The notes beneath the pieces were generated by a model. The model did no database searches and had not been told where the DNA came from. It saw nothing but the letters and a program-made list of their open reading frames with translations. From Dehalococcoidia bacterium (GTDB lineage: Bacteria; Chloroflexota; Dehalococcoidia; Lucifugimonadales; JAGWBF01), in NCBI GenBank assembly GCA_034423015.1, contig DAOUJG010000063.1, positions 112,865-176,864 of the forward strand: 64,000 nt of DNA, read 5' to 3'. Of the stretch, positions 36,270 to 46,601 are shown one piece after another; position 1 is the first letter of the stretch, and every line of letters starts with the position of its first letter. The position numbers and the translations under genes were made by a program.

Positions 36270-37576
36270 ACGTTACCGTCCTCGTTGGTAGCTGCCCTCG
36301 ACGGGGGCGATACAGTAGCCATTATAAACGCGGTGGCAAGATACACGCCCATCAGCATCCACCAGGCCTGGTCGTAGCTGCCCAGGACGTCGCGCATGTA
36401 ACCCGCCGCCGGGGCGCCCACGCCCGAGGCTATCAGGGTGACCGGAAACACGATCCCCCTGATGGCCCCCAGGAACGCCCTACCGTAGTAGGCCGCGAAT
36501 ATGTAGGACTGAACCACCATCCCGACCCCCACGGCCATGCCGAAGGTGATGACCGAGGCGAAGAGGGCGGCCTCGTTGAGGGCATAGATCATCAGGAGCA
36601 CGGCCAGCGCGAAGCCCAGGTAGGACGCCACCGCAACCCACCGTATGGGAAACCTGTCCACGACCCACCCGGTGGCCAGGGCCATGATGGCGGCCCCCGC
36701 GGCGTCGGCGGAGAAGGCGTAGGACACGACCAGAGGATCGAAGCCCCGCTCCTCGACGAAATAGGGTATGCGGTGCAGGCTGGCGGCGCCCATCCCCAGG
36801 CCGGCCAACGCGAAGACGAGCATCAGCTTCCACATGGTGGTGGTGCGCAGGGTCTCGCCCACGGTCCAGACCGCCTCGGCGCCGGGGTCCCCGGTCATGG
36901 TGGAGCCAGATGGCACGGCTTCGGGAGAGGGGTCTCCGTCCACCGCCAGCCCGAAGTCCTCGGGCTGGCGTCTGAGGAACAGGGCGCCCAGGGGTATGGA
37001 CACCCCCATGAAGACGATGGCCAGTATGACCCACGCCTCCCGCCACTGCACCTGGTCGATGAGCTGCTGGGTGATGGGGAGAAAGGCCACGCCGCCCAGG
37101 CCCAACCCGGTGCTGGCCAGGGCCAGGGCCCGGCCCCTGGCCCGCCGGAACCACTTGGCAACCGGCACCGACGTCACGAGGCTGTTGGGCGCGGCCAAGC
37201 CGCACACCCCCAGGATGCCAAACAGAAGGACCACGTGCCAGCCGGCCTCCGACCTCGAGACGCCAAGAAGACAGACGCCGATTATGGTCGCTGCAACGAC
37301 CACGAGGACCCGGGGCCCGTACCGGTCCAGTATCCGTCCAATCAGAAAGCTGGACAGCCCCGCCGACAGCCCCCGGGTCGTCTGCGCCCACCCGAACTGG
37401 CCACGGCTCATGCCCAGGGCCGTCCCCATGGGCAGGACGAACAGGCCGAAGTTGAGGGTGCCCGTGGCCATGGTGGAGAAGTTGATGGCGAAGGTGCTGG
37501 CGACGATCACCCAGCCGTAGAAGAGGCGTTTCTGGACAAGACCCACCAACCCGCCGGTGGAGGTGGTGGCGGCCAC
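36266..37576 (-). CDS. MFS transporter
   Basis: About 12 TM helices; GRILDRYGPR motif A. Confidence 0.92.
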   Translation of the reverse strand: MAATTSTGGLVGLVQKRLFYGWVIVASTFAINFSTMATGTLNFGLFVLPMGTALGMSRGQFGWAQTTRGLSAGLSSFLIGRILDRYGPRVLVVVAATIIGVCLLGVSRSEAGWHVVLLFGILGVCGLAAPNSLVTSVPVAKWFRRARGRALALASTGLGLGGVAFLPITQQLIDQVQWREAWVILAIVFMGVSIPLGALFLRRQPEDFGLAVDGDPSPEAVPSGSTMTGDPGAEAVWTVGETLRTTTMWKLMLVFALAGLGMGAASLHRIPYFVEERGFDPLVVSYAFSADAAGAAIMALATGWVVDRFPIRWVAVASYLGFALAVLLMIYALNEAALFASVITFGMAVGVGMVVQSYIFAAYYGRAFLGAIRGIVFPVTLIASGVGAPAAGYMRDVLGSYDQAWWMLMGVYLATAFIMATVSPPSRAATNEDGNV

Positions 37577-37580
37577 GTCC

Positions 37581-38147
37581 CTACGGCCGTCGCCCGCCGG
37601 GGGCCCCTTCGTCCGACGCGGGGTCCGAGGGTGGACGCTTGCGGGTGGGAGACTCCCAGAGGCAGGTGTAATCGTACTCCGCCACCAGCTCTCCCCTCTG
37701 GTTGTGCGCGGTCACCCGGAAGGTGACGAACTTGTTGTCGCGCCGCTGGAACTTGTCCACGACCTCGGTAACCGAGGAGATCACGTCGCCCGGACGCACC
37801 AGGGTCTCCTGGAAGCGGACGTCGGTGGACACGAACGGGGTGCTCCGGGGGGCGGCCACAGACTGCTCGGGGGCGATGTATCCCCGCGCCTCGATGAGGT
37901 CGTTGCGCCGTTGGGGAGCGTAGGTGTAGAGCATCGTTGGAGGCGCGAACACCCCTGGGAAACCCATCTCCCGCGCCGCGGCGTCGTTGACGTATACGGG
38001 GTTCTCGTAGCGTACGGCCCTGCAGTAGTCGGCGATGTTCTCGGCCGTGACCTCGTAGACGAACTCAGGGGAGCGGTCTCCCACCTGGGCCACGTCCCAC
38101 TCGTATAGTATTTCGGCGCCCGCGTGTTGTTCTCCGGTCATGTGCAT
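37581..38147 (-). CDS. MaoC/FAS1-like hotdog-fold dehydratase domain protein
   Basis: IADYCRAVRYENPVY...FAPPT; VRPGDVI. Confidence 0.82.
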   Translation of the reverse strand: MHMTGEQHAGAEILYEWDVAQVGDRSPEFVYEVTAENIADYCRAVRYENPVYVNDAAAREMGFPGVFAPPTMLYTYAPQRRNDLIEARGYIAPEQSVAAPRSTPFVSTDVRFQETLVRPGDVISSVTEVVDKFQRRDNKFVTFRVTAHNQRGELVAEYDYTCLWESPTRKRPPSDPASDEGAPGGRRP

Positions 38148-38237
38148 CCCCCATTATACCGCGCCCAGGCCGCCGACAACCTACGGGGTTCCTAAGATTC
38201 CTCGCCTACGGCTCGGAATGACAGGTGAGGGCTCTCT

Positions 38238-38669
38238 TCAACTGGGAGGCCTGCCCCACCAGGTGACCCGCTCGGGACTGATGCGGATGACCGGGTTGGC
38301 GTCGATCTCCATCTGCTCGTACTGGGCGTACTTGCGTCTCAGGAGCCCTATGGCCCGGCGGTGCTCCGGCCCCGACCGGAGCAGCAGGGCCCTCCCCGTG
38401 ACCAGGCCGTACCAGAGCCGGGACCAGTCCTCGTCGTAGTGGTCCAGCACCAGCGAGACCCTGGGGTTGGCAAGGATGTTGCGGACCCTCTTCAGCCGCT
38501 CGACGGGAGCCCGCTTGGGCTTCTGGTCCAGGACGGAGTAGAAGCTCTCTCCGTCGTAGGCGAAGCAGACCGGCACCACGTGGGGGGTCCCGGAGGGGTC
38601 CGCCGTGGCAAGGCGAGCGACCCTGATGGAGTTGACGAAGGAGGGACCGGGAGAGGCGTCTTGTGACAT
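38238..38669 (-). CDS. PPOX-class, probably F420-dependent, oxidoreductase (TIGR03668-like)
   Basis: RVARLATAD..G.PHVVPVCFA...D.KPK...LKR.RNI..NP.V.L..DHY.EDWS.L. Confidence 0.88.
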   Translation of the reverse strand: MSQDASPGPSFVNSIRVARLATADPSGTPHVVPVCFAYDGESFYSVLDQKPKRAPVERLKRVRNILANPRVSLVLDHYDEDWSRLWYGLVTGRALLLRSGPEHRRAIGLLRRKYAQYEQMEIDANPVIRISPERVTWWGRPPS

Positions 38670-38871
38670 CTTCCTAGGGATGCTCCGAACAACCCATGCC
38701 CCTTCCGAGTTGTCGAGCCCGCCCTCCCACCCCGCGCTCTGCGCGGGCAAGGAATCTCCACCCACCGGTGGGCGGCCAGGGGACTTCTTCAGACCACCCC
38801 TGACCCATGCCGCCCCAAGGGACCGGGCGCCCTTCCGGGTTGGAAGACACGACCGCGGGGTGATGGGGGCG

Positions 38872-39795
38872 CTACGCGTCGTGGGCGAACCCCAGGGGGT
38901 CCTCCATGGTCCTGATATTCTCCAGGGCAGTCCTGGCGGCGTCCTCCAGGACCGGGTCTTCCCGTTTGACGCACCGGACGAGGGCCTTCTTGGCCAGGCT
39001 GCCGCCGATCTCCCCCAGGGCCCCTACGGCCGCCAGCTGTACCTGGCTATCGTCGTCGTGGAGGAGGGCGATGAGGTGGGGCGCCACCTCCTGGTCGTCC
39101 ATCTCCCCGCAGGCGTTGGCCGCCTCGTACCTGACCGGCGGGTTGGGGTTCTGGAGCTCACGGACCAGGAGTTCCAGCCAGGCGGGCTCGCCGGTCTTGC
39201 CCATGGCGTAGATGGAGCTGCACTTCAGCTTGAGGTCATCGCTGTCGTAGGCCCAGCGGATGTACCCGTTCACGTCCTCCGCCCGGAAGGGGGCCACGGA
39301 CTCCAACGCCCGCCGGCGCACCTCGAGCCACTCTTCGACGTTGGTCAGGGCCCCCAGGAGAGCGCACCTCACGGCGTCCGCGTCCTTCTGCAGGAGCTTT
39401 CCGTCCTGGGCCAAGGCCGCGAACCGGCCCAGGGCCACGGCGGCCGCCGCCCGGACCTCTCCGGCCCCGTCCGAGTGAAGGAGGGCGACGAGGGGCCCGA
39501 TGAGGGAGCGGTCCTCGTACTCCCACAACCCGGAGATGGACCGCTCCCTGACCCCCCGGTCAGGGTCCTTGAGCCCCACCTTGAATATGGCGCTGAACTC
39601 CAGCTCCGCGTCGTCCTCGGCCATCTCGACGAGACCCTCGATGACCTCGCACTTCCGGGCGGCGGAGACACTGGCCCAGGTCCGGGCAAACTGGCCGAGG
39701 TCCGCGGGCGACAGGTCCGACAGGTCGGTAAGGACCGGGTAGCTCAGGGCCGCGTGCTGGTCGGCTATGTGCTCCAGGCAGGTATCCAGGGACAA
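38872..39795 (-). CDS. HEAT-repeat protein
   Basis: Repeated VR..A..ALG helical units. Confidence 0.85.
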   Translation of the reverse strand: MSLDTCLEHIADQHAALSYPVLTDLSDLSPADLGQFARTWASVSAARKCEVIEGLVEMAEDDAELEFSAIFKVGLKDPDRGVRERSISGLWEYEDRSLIGPLVALLHSDGAGEVRAAAAVALGRFAALAQDGKLLQKDADAVRCALLGALTNVEEWLEVRRRALESVAPFRAEDVNGYIRWAYDSDDLKLKCSSIYAMGKTGEPAWLELLVRELQNPNPPVRYEAANACGEMDDQEVAPHLIALLHDDDSQVQLAAVGALGEIGGSLAKKALVRCVKREDPVLEDAARTALENIRTMEDPLGFAHDA

Positions 39796-39889
39796 AACAC
39801 CACTCCTTGCGCGATGTTGCCCGTTGTCTTGGGGGACGGGCCCCGCGGCGGCAGCTCCACCGCGTCCGCTTGCCCGTTTACTTGCCCTC

Positions 39890-41257
39890 TTACTTGGACG
39901 ACACCGATACGTTGTCGGCGTACAGGGAGGGCACTTTGACGGCCCCCCCTACCCAACGGGCCTCACTCTCGATCCCGCGGATGTTTTCCAGGACCCGGTA
40001 TACGTTGCCGGATATGACGGTGTTCTTCACCCGCCCGGTCACCCGGCCTCCCTCCACCCTGTACCCCAGCAGGACATTGGCGTTGAAGTCCCCGCCAAGA
40101 ATGTTGCTCTGGCCCGCCCCAAGGAGCCGCTCCACCACCAGGCCGGTACCCATGTCCTGGATCATCTCCTCGTAGCTGATGTCGCCGCCGTCCACTACTA
40201 TTACGCTGGACCCCGGGGACGGCAGGCTGCTTACGCCCCGGTGGGCGCTGGCCGTGCTCTCGACGCCGGCCTGGGCCGCGCTCTGCAGGTCGTAGAGGAA
40301 GCTGCCCACGGTCCCCCTGTCCACCAGGGACAGCTTCCGAGTCGGCATCCCCTCGTCGTCGCACATGCGGCTGCCGGGCGAGTAGGCCATTTGCGGGTCG
40401 TCCCACAGGCTGAACCGCTCATCCATCAGCCGTTGGCCCTGCTTGCCCACGAGGGGAGACACGCCCTGGAGAACGGCCTTGCCGCTGAATCCCGCCATGA
40501 GAGGCGACAACAACGCGCCGGCGAACCCCCTGGGGGTGAACACGACAGGAACGGCGCCCACCGGCGCCTCGACCACCGTCCGGGACAGGTCGAGCTGGGT
40601 CTCGATGGACTCTACGATCTCCGTGGTGTCCCGGATGGGGCTGCACCAGCTTCTCCCGTCGGACACCAGCAGCATGTCCTCGCCCTTTACGACGGTGCCG
40701 TGGAAGAACACGGAGAACACGCTCTTGGTGTAGCTGGCGGCGCCCCCGGAGGAGTTGAGCACCGTAACCGTGGTCACGCCCTTGGCGACCACGCCGTCGC
40801 AGGTCAGGTCCGGGGTGTGGCGGGCCAGCCGGTCCACGGCGGCCTGTCCCATCTCGGCCATGTCCTCCACTTCGACGGAGGGCGTTTCCTCGTCATAGAC
40901 CTCCACCGGCGAGAAGTCGTGGGGGCCTGGGAACTCCAGACGGGCTTCCGGCCCATAGGGGCCCATCTCCAGCGCCTTGTCGACGAGCTTGCCCGGGTCG
41001 CGGAAGTCCGACGTGGAGGAGAACCCTATCCTGCCGTCCTTGACGAGGCGCAGGGCAACCCCGGAGCTTTCGCGGCTCTCTACCAGCTTCAGCCGGTTGG
41101 CCTCGAACATCACAGGCTCGTCTCTGCGGCTGACGTGGAAGACCTCGGCTGCCTGGGAGACCCTTCCGGCCCGCTCCAAGAGCGCCTCCAGGAAGGGGTC
41201 GATGGCGGGGGACTCTCCAGCTCCGGAGGGCATCAGGCCGTCCCCCCGATGAGGCAT
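39890..41257 (-). CDS. pmbA: TldD/PmbA family protein (PmbA-like)
   Basis: DDEGMPTRKLSLVDRG, GDFNAN; lacks HExxH; directly after tldD. Confidence 0.85.
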   Translation of the reverse strand: MPHRGDGLMPSGAGESPAIDPFLEALLERAGRVSQAAEVFHVSRRDEPVMFEANRLKLVESRESSGVALRLVKDGRIGFSSTSDFRDPGKLVDKALEMGPYGPEARLEFPGPHDFSPVEVYDEETPSVEVEDMAEMGQAAVDRLARHTPDLTCDGVVAKGVTTVTVLNSSGGAASYTKSVFSVFFHGTVVKGEDMLLVSDGRSWCSPIRDTTEIVESIETQLDLSRTVVEAPVGAVPVVFTPRGFAGALLSPLMAGFSGKAVLQGVSPLVGKQGQRLMDERFSLWDDPQMAYSPGSRMCDDEGMPTRKLSLVDRGTVGSFLYDLQSAAQAGVESTASAHRGVSSLPSPGSSVIVVDGGDISYEEMIQDMGTGLVVERLLGAGQSNILGGDFNANVLLGYRVEGGRVTGRVKNTVISGNVYRVLENIRGIESEARWVGGAVKVPSLYADNVSVSSK

Positions 41258-42609
41258 TTCTGTATCCGTATGTGGGGGCTGCCATTGGAAACGGGAAGGG
41301 GCGACTGGCCGCCCTTGCCGCAGCCGCCTCCCTGGTTCATGTCCAGGTCGTCGCCGATGGAGTCCAGGTTCTCCAGGGTCGTGAACAGGTTCCCGGAGAG
41401 GAGGACGGGGCGCATGAGCTCCTCCACCTTGCCGTTGCGGATGGCGAAGGACTCACCCGCCGAGAAGGTGAACTGCTCCATGGTCGTCATGCCGCCGTAC
41501 CAGTTCCGGACGTACAGGCCGTCCTTGATGTCCGAGATCATGTCCTGGAAGGTGGTGTCTCCGGGCTCTATGTAGGTGTTGGTCATGCGCACTATGGGCG
41601 GGAACTGGGAGCTGATCGCCCGGGCGTTCCCCGTGGGGGTCTCGCCCATGGCGGCGGCGGTCTCCCTGGAGTGGAGCCGGCCCACCAGGTGACCCTCCCT
41701 GAGCAGGTAGGTCTTGGTGGAGGGGACGCCCTCGGAGTCGTACTTGTAGCTGCCCCGGAGGCCGGGGACGGCCGCTCCGTCGACCACGTTGATATGGGGG
41801 CCTCCGAAGCGGCGGCCCATTACCATTATGTCCCGTAGCTGCTGGTTTTCGTAGACGTGGTCCGCCTCGGACAGGTGCCCGAAGGCCTCGTGGATGAACA
41901 CGCCCGCCAGCACCGGGTCCAGCACGACAGTGTACTCGCCGCCCTTGACCTGGGGCGCCTTCACCAGGTCCACCGCGCGGCGGGCCATGGTCTCCGCGTC
42001 CTCGTGAAGCGTCTCGACGAAGGAGTAGTCGCCGTTGGAGCCAAGGCTGAGGCTGGACTGCTGGACCTCACCGCCGTCCCGGACGGCCGCGCTCAGGTTC
42101 ATGCTGACGTCGACCTGGCCCTGCTCGACATAGGCGCCCTCGGAGGTGGCGAAGATGCGCTTCCGGCGGCCGTCCCCGTACCGTATGGACGACGTGGTCA
42201 CGCCGGGCACTCCCCAGATGGTCTCGACGTACTGGTCTAGGAGGGATTTCTTGTCGCGAATCGGTATGACCAGGGGGTCCTTCACCACCACCGGCGGAAC
42301 CGAGTCCACCACCGGCTCGACGGGAGAGAGGGAGATATCCCTCTCGCCGACCAGGCGGGCGTTGCGGACCGCAGTGGCCACCTTCTCCCGGAGGCCTTCC
42401 AGATCGTTGAAGGAAACGAAGCCCCACCCGCCGGAGAGGGCCCGGACGCACCCGCCGACCCCGGTGGAGTGCCCTATCTCCTCCAGATCCCTACCCCGGT
42501 AGCGGATGTGGGAGCCCTCCACCTCTTCGACGCGTATCTCGATGTACCGGGCATCGTGCCCGGCCAGGGCGTCCTGAATCCTGTCGCGGATGTTGCCGTT
42601 ATCGTCCAT
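41233..42609 (-). CDS. tldD: TldD metalloprotease
   Basis: FIHEAFGH, RMTNTYI, GGCGKGGQ.PLPV..G.PH. Confidence 0.93.
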   Translation of the reverse strand: MDDNGNIRDRIQDALAGHDARYIEIRVEEVEGSHIRYRGRDLEEIGHSTGVGGCVRALSGGWGFVSFNDLEGLREKVATAVRNARLVGERDISLSPVEPVVDSVPPVVVKDPLVIPIRDKKSLLDQYVETIWGVPGVTTSSIRYGDGRRKRIFATSEGAYVEQGQVDVSMNLSAAVRDGGEVQQSSLSLGSNGDYSFVETLHEDAETMARRAVDLVKAPQVKGGEYTVVLDPVLAGVFIHEAFGHLSEADHVYENQQLRDIMVMGRRFGGPHINVVDGAAVPGLRGSYKYDSEGVPSTKTYLLREGHLVGRLHSRETAAAMGETPTGNARAISSQFPPIVRMTNTYIEPGDTTFQDMISDIKDGLYVRNWYGGMTTMEQFTFSAGESFAIRNGKVEELMRPVLLSGNLFTTLENLDSIGDDLDMNQGGGCGKGGQSPLPVSNGSPHIRIQKCLIGGTA

Positions 42610-42908
42610 GCGCCTTCACTACTCTAGGGGGTATATGCGAGCCGGCGGGGCCAACGGACCGTTCCGTACGTCCGGGGAAACAGTCCAGCCAGTATAACAC
42701 ACCGGGCAGGCCGGGACCGCTGCTGCGGAGAATGTAGTGTCTCCCCAAACCGGGACACTACCCGAAGAAAGGTCGCGGAGCCCCCAGCACCACTTCCCGG
42801 TCGAAGGCCGGATGATATAATCCGGACAGGCCGGGGCGCCAGGGTGGCCGGTTACGTTCGGCCCCGGGCGGCCCCGGGCGAATCTCTAGAGGTTGGGGGC
42901 CATATGCC

Positions 42909-44651
42909 ATGCAGATGCGATCCATAACGGCCAATCCGTCCCAGGTAATCGTAGAACAGCTCGTGGCGTCGGGCGTGAAGTACGTTTTCTACAACTCGGG
43001 CTCCCGCGAGGCCCACTTCTTCGACGCCCTCCACGAAAACCCGTCCGTCAACGGCATCCTGGCCCTTCACGAGGGGAGCGTGACCGCCATGGCCGGCGGA
43101 TACACCCAGGCCAAGCTGGACCCGGCGGTCATGGTGGTCCATCTTGGCGCGGGCCTCGCCCAGTGCCTGGGCCAGCTCATCAACGTGTGGACGGGCAGCC
43201 TGCCCGTGGTGGTCATCACCTTCGCCGGCGACACGGGGAGCTTCGCCGACGCCATCGGCCTCGACCTGAGCCACAACTTCGGACCGACGTCCATCTCCAC
43301 GCCGTTCACGAAGGCAAGCTGGACCGTCATCGAGCCCGAGGGGTTGCCCCAGGCCATCGACCGCGCCATCCGGGTGGCCACCACTCCCCCGGTGGGCCCG
43401 GTCCACATCGCCGTATACGACCGGCTGCTGGGGCCGGGCCAGGTGACCACCAACATCGTCGAGGGCGCCATCCCGGACGTCCGGTCCGGCCATCCCGACG
43501 ACGGCGACGTGGAGCAGATCGTCCAGGCGCTGAACGACGCCAGGCGCCCGGTGCTCCACGTGGGCGACGGCGTGTGGAAGGGCGGCGCCGAAGGACAGGC
43601 GGCGGCCCTTGCCGAGCACTTCGGCCTTCCCGTCGTGTCCGACATGCGGGACCTGCGCTCCGTCCCCACAAAGCACCCCCTCCACGCCGGACGGGCCGTC
43701 CAGTCGCTGGAGACCCTGGACCCGGACCTGATCCTCTGTGTCGGCGTCCGCCACAGCGGAGACGGCCTGGCGTCCGACTACGGGCCGTTCATGAAGGCCC
43801 GGAAGGTCATCGCCGTGGGCCCGGACATGGAGAACCTGAAGAACGTCCCGGGCCTGGACTTGGCCGTGATGGCTGACGTGCGCCGGACCCTGGACAGAGT
43901 TTTGGTCGCGGCCCGCAGCGGCAGGGAGCCGGAAGAGCTGGCGAACAGGCGGGCCCGCGCCCGGGAGGAGGCGGCCTCCCTGCGGGCCCAACGCAGGAAG
44001 GCCGCGGAGAGCGCGGGACCGGAGGCGTCCCGGATACGCGCGTTGGTGCTGGGCGATACCCTAGACGAAGCGCTGGAGAGGAGGGGCGGCGGCATGGTGC
44101 TGATCGAGCAGTTCGCCGTGCCTCTCGACGTCCTCGGCGGCTCGGGAGACCCGGGGAACAACGTGTACATCCGGCCCGCGGGCGGGTCCGAGGGATACGG
44201 CGTCGGCGGGGCCATAGGCGTCAAGCTGGCGGCCCCCGACCGCCCCGTAGTGGGGCTGGTGGGAGACGGTTCCGTGTACTATGCGGACTCGGGAATGTGG
44301 ACCGCCGCCCATCACGATATTCCACTGCTGTACGTCATACCTAACAACGAGGCCTACGGCATCGTGGCCGGGTACTTCGGCCAGGCCGGCGGGTACATGA
44401 AGCAGAGCGGCGACTACGGCGGCGTGGTGCTGGACAAGATAGACCCCGTCAAGATCGCCGAGGCCTTCGGCGTGGAGGGGATGCACGTCGAGGAGGAGGA
44501 ACGGCTGCAGGAAGCCATCGACCACGGCCTGGACGTGGTGGAGAGGGAGAAGCGCCCCTTCCTCCTCGACGCGCGCCTGATCCGCGGCCTGCCCGAGGGC
44601 GGGCGGGCGGAGACGCCCTTCAGCTTCCGGGACTCCGTGCTGAACGCCTAG
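42909..44651 (+). CDS. Thiamine diphosphate-dependent enzyme (benzoylformate decarboxylase-like)
   Basis: LHEGSVTAMAGGY; TPP motif GDGS...NNEAYG. Confidence 0.9.
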   Translation: MQMRSITANPSQVIVEQLVASGVKYVFYNSGSREAHFFDALHENPSVNGILALHEGSVTAMAGGYTQAKLDPAVMVVHLGAGLAQCLGQLINVWTGSLPVVVITFAGDTGSFADAIGLDLSHNFGPTSISTPFTKASWTVIEPEGLPQAIDRAIRVATTPPVGPVHIAVYDRLLGPGQVTTNIVEGAIPDVRSGHPDDGDVEQIVQALNDARRPVLHVGDGVWKGGAEGQAAALAEHFGLPVVSDMRDLRSVPTKHPLHAGRAVQSLETLDPDLILCVGVRHSGDGLASDYGPFMKARKVIAVGPDMENLKNVPGLDLAVMADVRRTLDRVLVAARSGREPEELANRRARAREEAASLRAQRRKAAESAGPEASRIRALVLGDTLDEALERRGGGMVLIEQFAVPLDVLGGSGDPGNNVYIRPAGGSEGYGVGGAIGVKLAAPDRPVVGLVGDGSVYYADSGMWTAAHHDIPLLYVIPNNEAYGIVAGYFGQAGGYMKQSGDYGGVVLDKIDPVKIAEAFGVEGMHVEEEERLQEAIDHGLDVVEREKRPFLLDARLIRGLPEGGRAETPFSFRDSVLNA

Positions 44652-44704
44652 AAGATTTAGGAAACGGGGAGCCGGCTGGAAGGCGCAGCGCCAAGCCGAA
44701 AATA

Positions 44705-44733
44705 TTGACAGTTACGGGGGACGGCAGTACGAT
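44705..44733 (+). promoter_or_regulatory. Sigma70 promoter for the tandem hydantoinase B genes
   Basis: TTGACA-17 bp-TACGAT. Confidence 0.75.
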
Positions 44734-44791
44734 TCGCTAGGTATCCCGGCGAGTCCGACCCCCGCATCCTTCGATGCGACAGGAGACGGGA

Positions 44792-46546
44792 ATGCAGCAG
44801 ACCACGGACCCGATCAGCCGCGAGGTCATCAAGAACGCCCTGCTAAGCGCCGCCGACACCATGGCCCTGACGGTGGTCCGCACCGCCCGATCGGCGGTGA
44901 TCAAGCACGCGATGGACTTCTCCACGGCCCTCTTCACCGCCGACGGTCAGCAGGTGGCCCAGGGCCTGACCATCCCCGTCCACCTGGGAGCGATGGCCCC
45001 GGCGCTGCACGGGGTCATGAACGCCTTCGGCGACGACGTGCAGCCGGGCGACGTGTTCGCCAACAACGACCCTTACGAGGGGGGCAGCCACCTCCCCGAC
45101 ATCTTCTTGTTCAAGCCCATCTTCTCCAGGGACACGTTGGTGGGCTGGAGCTGCTGCATCGGGCACCAGACGGACATCGGCGGCAGGGTGCCCGCGGGGA
45201 ACGCCACCGACAGCACGGAGATATACCAGGAGGGCATCCAGATCCCGCCCATCAAGCTCATCGAGGGCGGTGTCCTGAACCGGGCCGTCTGGCGCATCCT
45301 GGAGAAGAACGTGCGGGTGTCCGACAAGGTGATGGGGGACATCCAGGCCCTGCTGGCCGCCACCCGCTTCGGCGAACGGGACCTGCTGAAGCTGGTGGAC
45401 GACTACGGCGTGGAGGAGATGAAGCTCTACATGGCGGACATCCTGGACACGACGGAGCGCCTTGCCAGGGCGGACATCGCCAAGCTGCCCAAGGGCGAGT
45501 GGGAGTTCACCGACTACCTGGACAACGACGGCCTGGACCTGCGGCCCATCGCCATACACGCCCGGCTGAAGATAGAGGACGACCAGGTGTTCGTGGACTT
45601 CGACGGCACCTCCCCCCAGGCCAGGGGCTCCATCAACCCCAACTTCGCCTTCACCAAGTCGATGGTGTACGCGGCGGTGAAGTGCGTGATAGACAACGAC
45701 ATAGAGTCCAACAGCGGCTTCTTCAGGGCCTTCCACATAACGGCCCCCGAAGGATGCTTCGTGAACCCCCAGCACCCCGCGCCGGTGGCCGCCAGGGGCA
45801 TGTCGGGCCTGCGGGTTTCCCAGGTCATCTTCGGCGCCCTGGCGCAGGCGCTGCCCGAAAAGGTGCCCGGCGTGTGGGGCGGCGGCGAGGTGGGCCTGAG
45901 CTTCGGCGGGTACGACCAGGACCGCAGGGGCTGGGTGTACCTGGAGTTCAACAACGACGGGCCAAGGGGGGGCGGGCCCTTCCAGGACGGGCCCGACGGC
46001 CTGCCCAGCCCGGTGTCCAACACCGCCAACACGCCGATAGAGAGCGTGGAGGCCGACCACCCCCTCATGGTGGAACGGTTCGAGCTGGTCCCGGACTCGG
46101 GCGGCCCTGGCAAGTACAGAGGGGGCCTGGCCTACACCCGGAAGTTCCGCATCCTGGCCGACGAGGCCACCTTCCACCTGCGCTCGGACCGGCACGACTT
46201 CCCCACCTGGGGCGTGCAGGGGGGCAAGCCCGGCACCCCCATCGAGAACTACATCCTGAGGGACAACGAAGGGCCGGACACGAACCCGGACCAGGTGGCG
46301 CCCAAGCTCCTGACGACCATGAAGAAGGACGACGTGTACCACCTGATCCAGGCCGGCGCGGGCGGATACGGAGACCCCCTGGAACGGGACCTGGACTCCA
46401 TCCTGGACGACCTCCAGCAGGAGAAGCTGACCGTCGACCACGTGCGGCGGGAGTACGGCGTGGTGGTCGACCCCGCCACGCTGCAGATCGACCTGAAGGC
46501 AACCGAGGAGCTGCGGGCGTCCATGAGGGCGGACCGAGCCGGGTAG
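44792..46546 (+). CDS. Hydantoinase B/oxoprolinase beta family protein (tandem copy 1)
   Basis: ARSAVIKHAMDFS, NDPYEGGSHLPD, HQTDIGG; AGGAG before ATG 44792. Confidence 0.92.
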   Translation: MQQTTDPISREVIKNALLSAADTMALTVVRTARSAVIKHAMDFSTALFTADGQQVAQGLTIPVHLGAMAPALHGVMNAFGDDVQPGDVFANNDPYEGGSHLPDIFLFKPIFSRDTLVGWSCCIGHQTDIGGRVPAGNATDSTEIYQEGIQIPPIKLIEGGVLNRAVWRILEKNVRVSDKVMGDIQALLAATRFGERDLLKLVDDYGVEEMKLYMADILDTTERLARADIAKLPKGEWEFTDYLDNDGLDLRPIAIHARLKIEDDQVFVDFDGTSPQARGSINPNFAFTKSMVYAAVKCVIDNDIESNSGFFRAFHITAPEGCFVNPQHPAPVAARGMSGLRVSQVIFGALAQALPEKVPGVWGGGEVGLSFGGYDQDRRGWVYLEFNNDGPRGGGPFQDGPDGLPSPVSNTANTPIESVEADHPLMVERFELVPDSGGPGKYRGGLAYTRKFRILADEATFHLRSDRHDFPTWGVQGGKPGTPIENYILRDNEGPDTNPDQVAPKLLTTMKKDDVYHLIQAGAGGYGDPLERDLDSILDDLQQEKLTVDHVRREYGVVVDPATLQIDLKATEELRASMRADRAG

Positions 46547-46601
46547 CCCCCGGACCCCGATACGAGGACCGGACGCGGCCCCGCAGCAGGAGAGCTACAC
46601 G

